A DNA stretch of 64,000 bases from Tetramitus jugosus (taxonomy: Eukaryota > Protista > Heterolobosea): assembly GCA_937625935.1 (NCBI GenBank), contig OW569394.1, positions 124,001 through 188,000 of the forward strand, in the 5' to 3' direction. The notes below the pieces were generated by a model. It ran no database searches. It had not been told where the DNA came from and saw only the letters and a program-made list of their open reading frames with translations. Position 1 is the stretch's first letter. Each line of letters begins with the position of its first letter. Shown one piece after another: positions 11,521 to 23,418 of the stretch. A program made the translations under genes and the position numbers.

Positions 11521-11992
11521 AAGCCAATGGACGACATCAAGAGCAAACAAATAAACAACAAAATGGATGCACGGCAAGGTTTTTTGGTTTTAATCGATTC
11601 TGTGCGTTGTAACTCAAAAAAAAGAGATGACAATGAATGACCACCAGCGTTACCGTTGGTCAGCAATCAACAAACAAACAAAGCGTGCCACGTTTGAGAC
11701 AAGCACCAGCTTATTTGGCTGATTATGAGTTATCAATGGACTTCAGAAGACGTGAACACAGAAGTGGTACAGTGTCTGAAGGAGGAAGGAAGAGTGCGTA
11801 CGTCAATGCCCATGAAGGAAGACTGAGCAAATCGAGGAAGGCAATGATCCAGGACACGGTGTTGCAGGCAATTAGAAAGCGTATGACTGCAAAGAAACCA
11901 ATTGGATGGCATCTGCCAAAAAGGCCAACACGCTTCAACACCGGTTGAACAACAAAACACACGAAGCTTCACACTTAACCCAACAAACAAAA

Positions 11993-13424
11993 ATGAATGA
12001 CACATATGACGTTGTAGTTCTAGGCACTGGTTTGACCGAATGTATCCTTTCTGGCCTCTTGAGCATCTCTGGCAAGAAGGTTCTTCACTTGGACAGAAAC
12101 CCATACTATGGTAGTGAGTCTGCATCATTGAACCTTGAACAAATGTACCAAAAGTTCAGAGGTCCTGATGCCAAGCCACCTGCAAATTTGGGCAGATCAA
12201 GAGACTACAATATTGATTTGATTCCAAAGTACTTGATGGCTACCGGTATGTTTTCCTCTTTTTTTTTCAGTCTCTCTCACTCTTTTTGTTTTTGGCCAAC
12301 AAGTGTATACTGACTGCTCTCTCTCTCGCCTCATAATGACAACGACAGGTCAATTGAAAAAGATTTTGATTGCTACTGGTGTCACTCGCTACGGCATGCA
12401 ATTCAGATTGATTGATAGTTCCTTTGTGTTGAGCAGCAACAAGAAGATTTACAAGGTTCCTTGCACTGCTATGGAAGTTGACACCTCTCCATTGTTGGAA
12501 TTCTTTGAGAAGGACGGAGCAAAGAAGCTCTTGACCTATGTTTACGGATATGAACAATCCAACCCACAGACCCATCAGGGATTGGACCTCGCTCGTGCTC
12601 CAATGAGCGATGTGTACAAGAAGTTTGGTGTTGATCAGAACACTATTGACTTTTTGGGTCACTCTGTTGCTTTGTGGACCAGTGATGACTATTTGAACAG
12701 ACCTGCATTGGAGACTGTTGAAAAGTTGAAGCTGTATGCTGAATCATTGGCCATGTTTGGTGGTTCTCCATACTTGTACCCTCTGTATGGTCTTGGTGTG
12801 TTGCCTCAAGTGTGTGCCGTCTTTGGTGGTACATTTATGCTCAACAAGCCTGTTGACAAGATTATCTATGATGAGAATGGACAGGTGTCTGGTGTTGAGT
12901 CAGAAGGTGAATTGGCCAAGACCAAGTTTATCATTGGTGATCCATCTTACTTCCCAGAGAAGGTCAAGAAGACTGGAAAGGTGATTCGTGTCATTTGCTT
13001 GATGAATCATCCAATTCCAGGAACCAACGATGTTCAATCTGCTCAAATCATTCTTCCACAGAAGCAAGTCAACAGACAACACGATATTTACATTAACTGT
13101 ACCTCCAACAAGCACGAAGTTGCACCTCAAGGCATGTATGTTGCTATTGTCTCCACTGAAGTTGAGACCAACAACCCAGAAGCTGAAATTAAGCCTGCCA
13201 TGGACATCTTGGGACCAATCATGGAGAAGTTTGTCTACATTTTGGACTCTAATGAGCCATTGGCTGACGGAAAGGCTGATGGTGTCTTCATCTCCCAATC
13301 CTATGACCCAACTGCTCACTTTGAAAGTTGCTGCAAGGACGTCATCTCCCTATATGAGAGATTCACTGGTGAAACCTTCAACTTGGAAGAGATTGAGAAG
13401 AGAGCCAAGGCAAGAGCAAGCTGA
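11993..13424 (+). CDS. GDI: Rab GDP-dissociation inhibitor, apparently damaged copy; exons 11993-12245 and 12349-13424
   Basis: [70 protein letters not shown] and IGDPSYFP motifs; intron 12246-12348 (GTATG...CAG). Confidence 0.9.
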
Positions 13425-13767
13425 ATTGGGCGAGTAAATGAATGATAGGAACCACCAAACTTTGAGTGCCACACAACAAAGATGGTTCAGGATCAACTTT
13501 AGCATCACACATGTTTTCAAACCAATCTTGTAGATCAACAAACATAGGTAGTTCACGAACCAATAGTTCCAGAGCAGTTTTCACCAATCGACAGACATGA
13601 ATCAGAATTCGATTGGCAGTGACGTAGCACCAATGAACAAACTGTGGTGTTTTGAAGACCAGATAATGGGAGGTCTTATAGTCAAGGTACACTGGACCAA
13701 CCAATGCTGACGCGACCATCTGGACAGGCGTCAAACAGGTTGTTTCATTCTTGATGCTGATAATCCA

Positions 13768-15207
13768 TTGTATTTCACTAAATTGTTCCTTCAGGTAAGA
13801 AAACCATTTTCCCCGATGTTCAACGATCAAGAACTTTCAACAAACAAAACCAAAAGCAAAGTGTCAACAGTTATGAGCGACAACGGTAGTAGTGACCTGG
13901 GTAGCACAACAACATCAGTAGAAGAGAATGACATGATCCATCGTCATGTTCTCGTGCCATGTACCAATCTGGAAAAACAGTTGGATTCTGATAGTGATGC
14001 CCAAGTTGCCTTCTTGCAGCCTATTGCTTCTGAGTCGATAAACAAGTTGTTGTTGGTCCCTAATGATGCCATTGGACACGAACTTGTTCATCAAGTGGTT
14101 TGTCGTCTTCAAGCTGCATTCATCGTCACAGAGCCAGGTCACGTGTACAGTGTTGACCTCGGTTGTACATTCAATCGACCCATTCTGGCCACTGGTAAAA
14201 CAGTAGATTATGAGACTGGAAATAGGGATTTATACCGTATTCATCGAATTGATTTTTCAATCTTCTCTCCTCGTCCTCGCATTGTTCAGGTCAGTGCTGG
14301 CTATTCCTGTGTTTTCTTCCTGTGTGAGACTGGTCGATTGTTTTATGCTGGTTCCAACACGACTCACTGTATCGGTTCAATGAACACTTCAAGTGTGGCG
14401 AATCAACCAACACAGTTTGACACACAGATGATCAACCATGAGAGAATTGTTACTGTTTGTTGCGCTGCCTATACGACATGCTTTGTCACAGAGGACCCAA
14501 CCACTGGTTTTCATAACTTGTATTACGGCGGCAGTAATCAGTTTGGTGAGTGCTCAACAGGTACTCAAGATCAGATTACGACGGGACCACAGAGACTTGA
14601 TCCCCAACTCTTTTCAGGTCATCTTGTGAAAAAGATTGTGGCCGGTGATCATTCGTTTCAAATATTGACACAAACAGGCCGCTTGTTTGGCAATGGATAC
14701 AATTCTTCGAACCAGTTGTTGTTGACAGGAGCAGCGTCCAATCAACTTGTGACTCGATTGACAGAATCGCACCCAAGCAAAAATTCAATTGTTGATTGTG
14801 CTTCTCAGTTTTATGCCTCGGTTGTTTTAGATTCTAATGGATGCTTGATAAGCTCTGCCACGTTTCAAGATCCCTCAGACAGAGAGATGACACTTGAAGG
14901 AATTCATTCACATGACATTAGATCTATCGAGGCGGGTGATAGGTCATTCGCAGCCATAACGCACCGGAATACCATCTATTGGATGGCGCAACCGAATTTT
15001 TTCAATACGATCACCCACAAACATATCTTTCCTCATCTGTGGAATGCACAATCCATGGTGGGCAAAGAAATTCGTGCAAGTTGTGACTCGATAACAGCTT
15101 TTTACTTGTGGTCTCCTACTGTGTCTGTGTCTAGGCATTTCCCGAGGTTGAATAGGTTGCGTTTACAAGGATCATTAGCTGATGTTGAGTTTATTCACTC
15201 TTCTTGA
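13768..15207 (+). CDS. RCC1/BLIP-II repeat protein (likely start 13873)
   Basis: IVQVSAGYSCVFFLCETGRLFYAGSN, YYGGSNQFGEC and VKKIVAGDHSFQILTQTGRLFGNGYN repeats; ends in an 'SLADVEF' stub. Confidence 0.75.
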   Translation: MYFTKLFLQVRKPFSPMFNDQELSTNKTKSKVSTVMSDNGSSDLGSTTTSVEENDMIHRHVLVPCTNLEKQLDSDSDAQVAFLQPIASESINKLLLVPNDAIGHELVHQVVCRLQAAFIVTEPGHVYSVDLGCTFNRPILATGKTVDYETGNRDLYRIHRIDFSIFSPRPRIVQVSAGYSCVFFLCETGRLFYAGSNTTHCIGSMNTSSVANQPTQFDTQMINHERIVTVCCAAYTTCFVTEDPTTGFHNLYYGGSNQFGECSTGTQDQITTGPQRLDPQLFSGHLVKKIVAGDHSFQILTQTGRLFGNGYNSSNQLLLTGAASNQLVTRLTESHPSKNSIVDCASQFYASVVLDSNGCLISSATFQDPSDREMTLEGIHSHDIRSIEAGDRSFAAITHRNTIYWMAQPNFFNTITHKHIFPHLWNAQSMVGKEIRASCDSITAFYLWSPTVSVSRHFPRLNRLRLQGSLADVEFIHSS

Positions 15208-16069
15208 TACCTGGAAAGGCCGAATTACACTTGATTCGAATGAATATGCCAAGTGAGGATAGGAAATGGACGTAGGAAAGCATGAGATTAAGAGAGTGTC
15301 GAAGTATGACCAAAGACTATTGGAGATTGGTAGCCATCAAACAATAAAAACTGTACACTCCAAACACATTTGGGAAGAGGAACAAGGCGAGGGATTGATA
15401 CAAATACCATTACCATCAGCAGACTAAAACCCTTTCCAATCGTTCGCGGCAACTAACTCTACTTCGAGAATTTGATTGACACATGTAGACAACAACGCAC
15501 GCGGCTGAACGGAGAATACCTTCCAGTTCAACCACCTTAACATCATAACTACAATTCCTTTAGATTCACCCACAGTTGCATTCGGCTGAGTTTTCTGGTT
15601 CAAGAGGGTGAAATTACTTTAAACAAATGAAACACAAGGAGGAAGTTTGGATCTCGTTCAACGTGTTGACGAATCAACTGGTTCAAGGTTTAGTCACACT
15701 CGTTGACACCATTGTGTTTTTCAAGTAAGAGAAGGCTGCGTGGATTTGTTGCCCTGGTATGGAGTATTGTTGCGCTAGTATGAGTGGTACCACTAGTTGT
15801 CGGAGAAGAGGCCATATGAGAGACCTCAAAGGCCACTTACCTTGTAAATGTTCGATAAAAGAAAAATTGATACTACCTTGGTTTGTTGTTATACGCATAA
15901 CATTGCTGTATTCGTAGTTAGAAAACTTCATACATTAACTTTTCAATTTTCAACAGTAGACTTCGAAGAAAACTAAACACTAATGTCCTTCATATTGAGG
16001 GGTCGACTTTTTTAAAGTCATATGGAGCTCCAAACAAGCGTAAAAGTTGCCGCCAAAAGTTGTATTCGA

Positions 16070-16447
16070 TCTATGGAACTTGCAACAAACAAAAAACCAA
16101 AAGCAGATTCTTCAGAACAAAAATGGTGGTAGTAGTGACCTGGGTAGCACAGAGAATGACAATATCCATTGCCATGCTCTCGTGTCCTGTACCGATCTAG
16201 AAAACAGTTGGATTCTGATAGTGATACCCAAGTAGCCTTCTTGCAGCCTATTGCTTCTCAGTCGATAAACAAGTTGTTGTTGATGTCATTGAACACGAAC
16301 CTGTTCATCAAGTGGTTTGTCCTCTTAAAGCTGGAATCATCGTCACAGAGTCAGGTCACTTATTCCGTGTTGACCTCGGTTGTACATTCAATCGACCCAT
16401 TCTGGCCACTGGCAAAACAAAGAGTGTTTAGGGATTTGTACCGAATT
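16070..16447 (+). pseudogene. Decayed partial duplicate of the 5' part of the RCC1 gene (~13830-14240)
   Basis: Shared nucleotide blocks ggtagtagtgacctgggtagcaca, gaaaacagttggattctgatagtgat, gccttcttgcagcctattgcttct and gtgttgacctcggttgtacattcaatcgacccattctggccactgg, with deletions and frameshifts. Confidence 0.9.
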
Positions 16448-16890
16448 GCACTTGGACAGCTCAAGATACTGGAGGGAAGCCTGGTGGGTAGTTAGAGGAA
16501 GAGTATGTCCAATTGATTCAATGAAATCCCAGTCAAAATGAAATGAAGCGAGCGAACTGTTCGACTAAGACTGTCCAGAACAACTAGTTTTCCGTACAAC
16601 ATGACTTGAAAACTTAGTGGAGACATTGGATACCCCAAGTTACGAGCCTGAAGGTGAAATGATGCATATGACCTATTCCAAACAAGTGAACAAAAACTGT
16701 AAACACTCACAGAACACCTAACGAAGACCCCGAGGAGGAAAAAGGGGAACAAATTCCATCGGAGAAACTGGTCCAGACAGATGACATTCCCCATCGAAAA
16801 GTTCCCTTCATAGGAAAACAAGAAAGAAGAAAAAAGAGAGCCCACAAAACATCGATCTTCCAAGCTTCGTTTGTACTCGAAGAGGAGAGA

Positions 16891-19800
16891 ATGATCACAC
16901 TTAGAGATAAAATTCAATGCCCTGTCATTGCCTTATTGCTTGTTCTGTTGTTCGTCTTTTTGCTCGGACAATCGGAGAACATTTTTGTGAATGCAGCGAG
17001 TGAATGGGACGTGAGTCACGGAACATCGTCCCGTTGCTTTGCAGAGGTCGAACAAGAAGTAGAGTACAAGTCCCCTGTCTCTCTGCGCGTTGTTGGTAAA
17101 ATTCAGACGGATATTTTGCTCAGGCACCCCTACAGCGCCAACGCTTCCCAGCCGGAGTTAATTGCCATTGTAAGCGGATACACTGCACACGTGAATCCTG
17201 TGGGACCATCGATTGTTCGATTCGCAACCAGTCAGAGGACAACAGAGGAGTTGATTGATCTGGTTCGGTATACGATGCACAGTCCCATTGATCGTTTGTA
17301 TCTCAATACTCTGGATATAAACTTGAGTGGCAACATTTTGAGAGCGGATTTGGTTCAGGCTGACACGGACGAATACTACTTGTTTATTCAGAGGGTTGTA
17401 GAAGATGGAAATCTTGATTTTTCGCGCATTCAAGTATCGAATGAAGTCTTGGTCTTGAAGGACAGAGTAGTGCTACAAGGCTCTGATACAACTGCACTGA
17501 CGGCTGAACCAGGTGAATTGAACCGCGCAGGATCCATTGTTCACTATATTCAGGTTGTTCGGTGCGATGATACGACTGATGCAGGCCTATGCACGACCAA
17601 TCGAATTCATGTACGGACAATGAAATGGCGCACGAACACTTGGATACCACTCCACGGTTTCTCCAGCCACAAATCAGGTCTCGATATCATCGTGTTTGAC
17701 ATGTTCGCTTCACCCAAGAACAATCACCCTGACTACCAAATGGAGTACTTTGTCATTTACAATGCGACACATATCATGTCCTTCAATCGGAACACCGGTT
17801 CTCTCAGTTGCTCCATTTTCTATCACTCTGATCTTTATGATAGTCTTCGTCCGTCGAACACTTATCCACGTGTGCACATGCACCCGCAAAGCTCCACATT
17901 TGTCATTGTGAGCAATTGTTTGCTTCATTATTATTTTAATGGATCGAATGGAAACATAACATTTCTCAAGGAGTCATGCTCTTCACTCTATAACAAGACT
18001 GATACTGAGAACTTCGTTGGCTCCATGGACGCAACCATAGGCTCTATCACGCCGGACAATAAGGCTATTCTTTTTACAGTCTCACCTGCTGATATTGATT
18101 GTTTCGTCATGGTGTATGACTTGTATACAATGGTATTGAGTGAAAGCTCTTTGCCATGCTCCAACAGTTTCTCTCAGTCCAATTATCACTTGTTAAGTGG
18201 GCATTTCAATGCAATGGTGAGCTTGGGCAACAATAGCTACTTTGCGATTCATTCAACGGGAACCATGGTAGATTTGAGTGCTGATTCACAATACAATAAG
18301 CTAGCAGAAAACCGACGCTTTCCAACAAGAGCCACAGTGCTCCACTACATTACGGAACCGTTCTCAGAGTACATGAGAGACTATGTGACCTCACTGCTTG
18401 TTTATGATGTAGAAATGGACAAAGTAACACTGTTGATTCAATCTCACAAGTATCGATCGAGTCGATTGTGGTTCTTGGACCTAACAGTAAACGCTCAAAG
18501 GTCAGAGATTGAAAAGTTGAACTTTGGACATGAGTTATCCATTCAGCCCATTCTCGCCGACCATAGTATTTATCAAGTGCCATTGATTGCACATGCACCT
18601 TTCCGCTTTAAGAGCACACCCAAGATGGCTCATGTGATGTATGTGGCATCATCCTCCGAATATGAAAGAAACAATGCTGTTGCTGCTCTCTATACATATA
18701 ATCCAGACAAGCGAGAGTTAGCATGGTCCAAGGATTTCCTGTTTACTGAAATTATTGGATATAGGCCACCGAGTCTTGACTTTATATACTTCGTATCTCA
18801 TGCCCACGAAATGATTTTTGCTATATCGGAAATGATTGATTCCACAGCTGTCATTTGGGGAACGACTGTGGAGGATGCACCTGTCGAGTCACAGAGAATT
18901 ATCTTTGATGCAAACTCTACCGTCTATTTGGATGAACTAACATTGATTTCCTTCCGATGCTTTTCGGATGCTGATGAAACACTTGCAGTCTTTTCTGCAA
19001 CATCATCCAGTTCAAAGACACTTTTGCTCGTGCGAATCGATGTATTCACGGGTGAAATCAAGGGTATTATTGAAACAGGTGTCAGTAAGTATCGTACAAT
19101 AACCGCTGTACCCCACAAGGGAGTCATATATGTTGTTGGTTACAGACCTGTTGTTCCCACCGTTTATGATAAGAGTGTATTGGATACATCTATCAAAATT
19201 ATCATGATTCCACTCTCCTTTAATGAAAACGAGAAAAAAGTGGTCGATCTAAGGTATGAGAAGAGGGTGAATATTGTGCTTACAGGTTGTTTCTTTGATT
19301 CAGATACCACTATTTATGTTTCGGCTGAATCAACAGGAGGAAAGACTGCCCTATTCCAGATTTTTATCGGTGGTAGCGATCCCTACTTAAAGCAAATGTT
19401 CTTCATTGGTGACAGAACAGGTGCCTTAACAAGAGCTTTGTTTTCAAAGCAAAAGAAGATGATCTTTTTCTTTACTGAGGGCACAGGAGATTATCTCATG
19501 GAAGCACCAGTGATTCATGTGATGAAAATACCGTTTAGAAGACAGTTTAAAAACAAATGCCTCAGAGCAATTCTGGGAAGTGTTGTGACCTTTATTTCGC
19601 TCATCTTTGTTCTGGGCATTGTGTTAGTGTTAGTCACTCGTTATAAGCTTGCAAAGGTGAGTCACATGTACAAGAAAATGGAGGAAAAGTGGATTGATCA
19701 TAACTCTCTGGAATATTCAACAAAGAAATGGTTGATCGAATATAACGATCTTAAACTAGAAAGAGTGTTAGGAAAGGGTATTTCTGGGAAGGTGTTTGAA

Positions 19801-20637
19801 GGTCGATGGGGCAGAAGCAAAGTGGCGATCAAGCTGATGCATGATGTTGAGTCTGACTCACAGTTCATCGAAGAGGCTCACACACTTATTCAATTGAGAC
19901 ATATGAACGTTTTACTCTTCTTAGGTATTTGCATTCATGATGATAACAGATATTTAGTGACAGAGCTCATGGAGAGAGGATCTCTTGACTCTATCTTGAA
20001 TTTACAGTATGAGGTAGACCTTTCATCCAAGCTCGCAATTTTGAGGGACATAAGCGAGGGAATGGTATATCTGCACAGCAAAAAACCTCCCATCATTCAT
20101 CGTGACTTAAAACCTCAGAACATTCTGCTAGATCAATACATGAGACCTAAGATTGGAGACTTCGGTGTGTCAAAGTGCGGAGAGAGTGTCTCTGGATTTG
20201 CTGGCACTCCACAGTACTGTGCACCAGAAATCTTATCAGGCCAAAATGGATATACCACGAGTTGTGACGTGTATTCCTTTGGAATTCTAATGTATCATCT
20301 TTTAACAGAGAGTGTGCCTTATGGTGCGTATACTATCTGGAATGGTATTCCACAACAAAGAGTCATCAATGGTGAAAGGCCTCAATTAGATTTCCTCATT
20401 GATAATATTGAGTTACCTGACCTTGATAGTCAATCCCAGAAGCCACTCATAAAATTCATGATCGATGAACAGAAATTGCACAGATGGTGCAAGAAGGTGG
20501 GATATCAGAGCTCTTTTGCAGTTCAAAGATACACAGAATTAATGGTAGAATGTTGGCAGAATCATCCAATGGATCGACCAGAGTTTATTGACATTCATGG
20601 ACAACTTCAAGAGATTTTGCGCGAACTCACCTTTTGA
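16891..20637 (+). CDS. Single-pass receptor kinase, tyrosine-kinase-like (TKL) group
   Basis: Signal peptide; ~860-aa beta-rich ectodomain; TM (AILGSVVTFISLIFVLGIVLVLV); then GKGISGKV, VAIK, HRDLKPQN, DFG and GTPQYCAPE. Intronless. Confidence 0.92.
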   Translation: MITLRDKIQCPVIALLLVLLFVFLLGQSENIFVNAASEWDVSHGTSSRCFAEVEQEVEYKSPVSLRVVGKIQTDILLRHPYSANASQPELIAIVSGYTAHVNPVGPSIVRFATSQRTTEELIDLVRYTMHSPIDRLYLNTLDINLSGNILRADLVQADTDEYYLFIQRVVEDGNLDFSRIQVSNEVLVLKDRVVLQGSDTTALTAEPGELNRAGSIVHYIQVVRCDDTTDAGLCTTNRIHVRTMKWRTNTWIPLHGFSSHKSGLDIIVFDMFASPKNNHPDYQMEYFVIYNATHIMSFNRNTGSLSCSIFYHSDLYDSLRPSNTYPRVHMHPQSSTFVIVSNCLLHYYFNGSNGNITFLKESCSSLYNKTDTENFVGSMDATIGSITPDNKAILFTVSPADIDCFVMVYDLYTMVLSESSLPCSNSFSQSNYHLLSGHFNAMVSLGNNSYFAIHSTGTMVDLSADSQYNKLAENRRFPTRATVLHYITEPFSEYMRDYVTSLLVYDVEMDKVTLLIQSHKYRSSRLWFLDLTVNAQRSEIEKLNFGHELSIQPILADHSIYQVPLIAHAPFRFKSTPKMAHVMYVASSSEYERNNAVAALYTYNPDKRELAWSKDFLFTEIIGYRPPSLDFIYFVSHAHEMIFAISEMIDSTAVIWGTTVEDAPVESQRIIFDANSTVYLDELTLISFRCFSDADETLAVFSATSSSSKTLLLVRIDVFTGEIKGIIETGVSKYRTITAVPHKGVIYVVGYRPVVPTVYDKSVLDTSIKIIMIPLSFNENEKKVVDLRYEKRVNIVLTGCFFDSDTTIYVSAESTGGKTALFQIFIGGSDPYLKQMFFIGDRTGALTRALFSKQKKMIFFFTEGTGDYLMEAPVIHVMKIPFRRQFKNKCLRAILGSVVTFISLIFVLGIVLVLVTRYKLAKVSHMYKKMEEKWIDHNSLEYSTKKWLIEYNDLKLERVLGKGISGKVFEGRWGRSKVAIKLMHDVESDSQFIEEAHTLIQLRHMNVLLFLGICIHDDNRYLVTELMERGSLDSILNLQYEVDLSSKLAILRDISEGMVYLHSKKPPIIHRDLKPQNILLDQYMRPKIGDFGVSKCGESVSGFAGTPQYCAPEILSGQNGYTTSCDVYSFGILMYHLLTESVPYGAYTIWNGIPQQRVINGERPQLDFLIDNIELPDLDSQSQKPLIKFMIDEQKLHRWCKKVGYQSSFAVQRYTELMVECWQNHPMDRPEFIDIHGQLQEILRELTF

Positions 20638-20759
20638 TTGAAAAATGACGCAGTTGTTTTGGCAGCTCACGTCAACTGCACAAAAACTACGGGTTCTCTG
20701 TTTTGTCTAAACCACGGACGACCACAATATATCAGTCTCAGATTGCACAAGGTCTCTGA

Positions 20760-21269
20760 ATGAGCTCAATGGACAAGAAAATGAATCGTCACCTGGTCTC
20801 TTCTGGTGTTTACCAGAAATCTTCCAACTCATTATCCAGGCTCTTAACAATCACATGTGTGCTCTTGTTATCCTTGTACTTTAATCTCTGTAATGCCTAT
20901 GATGCTGAAATCACCTGTCCCAAGACTCTTTGCCTTAAAAAGTATTCCTATTGGAGAGGATTTGCCAGGGAAGCTCTAGGTGTGATTCCTCCATGTATCT
21001 CGTGCACATATACTTACTCGTCCAGCCTTACACCTCAAGAACAATGGTCTGGTTCGAGCGTCGGTATCATTCACAGTGCTCCAAGCTCTTGGAACTATTT
21101 AAATATGACGCTTACTTTGAACGATATTCTACCAGATTCCCGTGTCATTACAATCATTGGAAAAGAGACAAGAAACAACGTCCTATCAAAGTACATCGAG
21201 AAGACGATCCTCGTTCGTTTTGATACTAACAAAATGACACCAAACGAAATCGAGTGTGCCAACTTTTGA
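20760..21269 (+). CDS. Small secreted Cys-containing protein of unknown function
   Basis: 169-aa ORF with a hydrophobic signal (LLTITCVLLLSLYFNLCNA-Y), five Cys in the mature part, and AATAAA at 21301. Confidence 0.6.
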   Translation: MSSMDKKMNRHLVSSGVYQKSSNSLSRLLTITCVLLLSLYFNLCNAYDAEITCPKTLCLKKYSYWRGFAREALGVIPPCISCTYTYSSSLTPQEQWSGSSVGIIHSAPSSWNYLNMTLTLNDILPDSRVITIIGKETRNNVLSKYIEKTILVRFDTNKMTPNEIECANF

Positions 21270-21796
21270 GTGAATACATTCATTGATGTTTGAAGGTCTG
21301 AATAAAACACAAATGCTGTCTCCCATCTTTATTCCAACCGAAAGGTTAGTACCTTGAATTTTTTATGTTAGATGATTTCTTGTGGCACAGATGATAGTCA
21401 CATCGCATAGCAGTTGTTTCAGGCGGAATGAATTGATGTTGGGTCGTTCTGCACAACCGCCTGATGGAAGAGGTACCTGTCAATTTAATAAATGTAGATT
21501 CATTTAATCAACATCGTCTTCAAACTGTACTTGTTCTGGCGTAATGCTATTGTTTGGGGTTCACTGCCATCTTGTACACTGCTTTGTTCGAACGATCGTA
21601 CATCAAACCATTTCCAGAACCGTTTTGATTTACTAACCCTTAAGAGAATAAGACAGAATCGATTTTCTTGCATTGAAAATCGATGGGATGGCCTCTCTAG
21701 TGACACATCTTGCCTCAGCAGACAAATGCAAGATGTCGATTGACATTCAACTGTTGCTCTTACTTATTCAAGTCCACATTGTGGTTTATTCGTGCA

Positions 21797-22309
21797 TCAC
21801 GTACAGCTAGCCTTGAGTTTCTCAAGCACATACTCTACATTGACCATGCATTGCTTGTCTGCTGGTGATGCATTGGACGAAGTAGCCGATGAAGCTCCAG
21901 TCTCACTTGCCTTGGCCTTGCTAGAAGATGAAGATGAAGAAACATCAGACTCGAAATCTACTAAAACTACCTTGTTTCTGGCCTTGTGACCAGAGTGTAA
22001 CGATACTTGTCTCTTCTTTAACGCAAGTACGCTTGACACATAGTCAACCACTTCTTCATTGGCCTCGCCGTCTCTGGGTGGAGCAGCAATCTGAACACCC
22101 ACTTCATCGCACGTCATCAACTGATCCGGTGCAGTGGTGATATTGTTCTGCTTGGCACCTGGTTTCACCAGTAACTTGATCAATAGATTAGTTCCTTGTT
22201 GCTGGGGATATCGTGTCAAAAAGGGAGGTAATTGGACGACTCCAGTGGTGCTTGCATTGTTCGAAGAAGCTTTGACGTTACTTGCTTGTTTTTTCTTTGA
22301 ATTTTTCAT
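21797..22309 (-). CDS. DUF167 / UPF0235 (YggU-like) protein
   Basis: [26 protein letters not shown] and GHKARNKVV motifs; likely start MKNSKKK at 22309. Confidence 0.9.
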   Translation of the reverse strand: MKNSKKKQASNVKASSNNASTTGVVQLPPFLTRYPQQQGTNLLIKLLVKPGAKQNNITTAPDQLMTCDEVGVQIAAPPRDGEANEEVVDYVSSVLALKKRQVSLHSGHKARNKVVLVDFESDVSSSSSSSKAKASETGASSATSSNASPADKQCMVNVEYVLEKLKASCT

Positions 22310-22623
22310 TTCTTGATCTTGTTGTTGTAATTGTGCAGGAGACCTTGGTGTATTGTTTTTCAACTCGCTCTTGTGAAAGGAACGGAAATATTTGGGTTGA
22401 CCAATGACAATAGGAAGGGAGTGAAGTATCAAGGGACGAAATGACGTGAAAGAGAAACACAACAACTGACAAGTAACCAAACAACAAAAACTGCGTGATC
22501 TTCCAATGATCATCGATCGAGTGTTGTGTGCGAGCTTTTCGGAACAAAAAAAATCTCCTCCAAAACCTTCGAAAAACTCCTCCTTTTGGACTTGTTTTGA
22601 TTTATTGAGATTTACACTGAGAA

Positions 22624-23418
22624 TTACATGCGATATTCTTCAAATGCTCTCTTGAGTGCCAACACATCATCTTCCTGAGCAATCTGATTGCTATAGCTTG
22701 ACTTTAATGATGTGTTTCGAATGGCATTGTCCAAACTTGAATCAACCAGTGATTTTGCAACAGTCTTATGACTCGTTGCCTGTTGAAGATCATATTGATC
22801 CTTCATTTGAGCCAACCTCTTTTGTAGAGCAATTGCCGTGAGAGCTTGTTGTTCTTGGAGTGCATTTGCTTCTGTTAGCTCTTGCTCATCTTGTTCTTGG
22901 TCCATGAGACCCATGGTCCTTGAAGCTATCTCTGCTGCAGCTCTTGATTGTTCATTGGAAAGTGTTAGTGGTGCTTGTTTTTTTTGTTGATTGTTGTGTG
23001 TTTTAGATGATGTTGATGTTGATGTGGTTGGTGGTGGTATTCTGTGCTGTTGTTGTTGTTGTTGAAGCTTAATGAGTTGAGCTCTTGAAGCAATTGAAGA
23101 GCTTGCTAATGATGGCGATAATAGCTGTTGTTGTATTTGTAGTGGTGATGATGATGAATAATTGGATGTTTGCTTGAGAACTTGGTTGTCTAGGATGTGA
23201 GACACGAGAAGCTCACAATCCTTTTCTACTCTGTTGACAAGGGAACACAGCTCATAACCGAATGAAATACCTTGCTCAAACGAAGGGGGGCCTTGCTGCG
23301 TCGGCACACCATTGCACGACCGGCGAATAAAATTTTGTACAGTTTCGGTTTTGGCGCGCTGCAGATGATCGCTGGACGGCGCTAAAAAAAGATTGTTTTG
23401 AAGCAGATGAGAGTGCAT
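22624..23418 (-). CDS. Hypothetical helical/coiled-coil protein
   Basis: Long ORF with a poly-Q/T linker between two helical segments; start taken at MHSHLL. No family recognised. Confidence 0.6.
   Translation of the reverse strand: MHSHLLQNNLFLAPSSDHLQRAKTETVQNFIRRSCNGVPTQQGPPSFEQGISFGYELCSLVNRVEKDCELLVSHILDNQVLKQTSNYSSSSPLQIQQQLLSPSLASSSIASRAQLIKLQQQQQQHRIPPPTTSTSTSSKTHNNQQKKQAPLTLSNEQSRAAAEIASRTMGLMDQEQDEQELTEANALQEQQALTAIALQKRLAQMKDQYDLQQATSHKTVAKSLVDSSLDNAIRNTSLKSSYSNQIAQEDDVLALKRAFEEYRM

Noticed and set aside
21760-21800. Selenocysteine readthrough of the DUF167 TGA (C-T-stop-C)
   Set aside because: AATAAA follows at once, the domain is already complete, and no SECIS core is visible.
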